Source: Eutreptiella sp. 'Long Island Sound 2002' (lineage: Eukaryota > Protista > Euglenida). Taken from it: 64,000 nucleotides of DNA. The notes beneath the pieces were generated by a model. That model was not told where the DNA came from. It saw only the letters and a list, made by a program, of their open reading frames with translations, and searched no databases. A program made the translations under genes and the position numbers. Location: positions 181,102,001 to 181,166,000 of the forward strand of contig OZ038378.1 of assembly GCA_964036045.1 (NCBI GenBank), read 5' to 3'. Shown here in pieces: positions 63,568 to 64,000 of the stretch (position 1 is its first letter; each line of letters starts with the position of its first letter).

Positions 63568-64000
63568 CGGGGCCTGGTCCGGATAGAACACGGTGCGGCC
63601 CCGGTTGGCGGCGATGAGAAGGCTCCCCCCGGTCCCCCCGCTGCGCGAGGGCATCAGGCCGTGGGTGGGCACGTACGGGGCGTACGGGTCGTAGGCGAAG
63701 GGGGACCCTTGTGCAGAAGGGCCGGGGTACGGGCTGTGGGCCGCCAGGGTCTGGTGCTGCGGCGTTTGTGGGAGGGACCCGCGGGAGTAGCCCCCGTAGT
63801 AGTAGTCCTGCGCCGCGGGGCTCGACCAGGGGTCCCATGGGTCGAGGGGTGCGAGAGACAACGGGGGCTGGTACGCGTTGTGCGCGGGGTCCAGGTCGAA
63901 GGGGAAGTCCGCGAGCCGCATGGTCACCGTCCGCGCGGAGCTCTGGGCGTTGGTCGGGGCCGGCTGAATGGGCTGCTCGTAGTCGTAGGGCTCAGGGTCC
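63568..64000 (-). CDS. Pro/Tyr/Ser-rich exon of an unidentified host gene, running off the window edge
   Basis: The frame is open from 63999 (DPEPYDYEQPIQPAPTNAQSSARTVTMRLADFPFDLDP...). Third positions are strongly G/C, as in the PSD exons. It ends at TAA 63565-63567 or at a possible donor CC|GTAAAG. Confidence 0.6.

Overview
This is eukaryotic, repeat-rich, gene-poor DNA with long GT-AG introns, many C/G homopolymer runs, microsatellites and TE relics. A large-genome protist such as a euglenid is plausible but cannot be shown from this window. One complete host gene is well supported: a 4-exon C2 + EF-hand phosphatidylserine decarboxylase (PSD2/PSD3 type; join 16773..17364, 20018..20238, 22476..23117, 25042..25458; 623 aa). 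One exon of a second host gene runs off the right edge. The stand-out region is ~52.8-56.9 kb on the minus strand. It holds an intact 697-aa ORF with a DDE-type, KDZ/DUF6589-like transposase motif layout. Downstream is an intron-split gene that, once spliced, gives a ParB/Srx-fold domain with NLS-like basic tracts. Fourteen copies (7 exact) of the 14-bp palindrome ATCGAAATTTCGAT lie in the introns and intergenic/upstream DNA of these genes, none in the transposase ORF or the two inferred ParB exons, and I saw no full copy elsewhere in the window. Hypothesis: a young DNA transposon carrying a ParB-like accessory protein and parS/operator-like sites. The remainder is MITEs, minisatellites and decayed Ty3/gypsy, hAT, non-LTR and Ulp1-like fragments. 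All family assignments come from reading motifs by eye; no searches were run.
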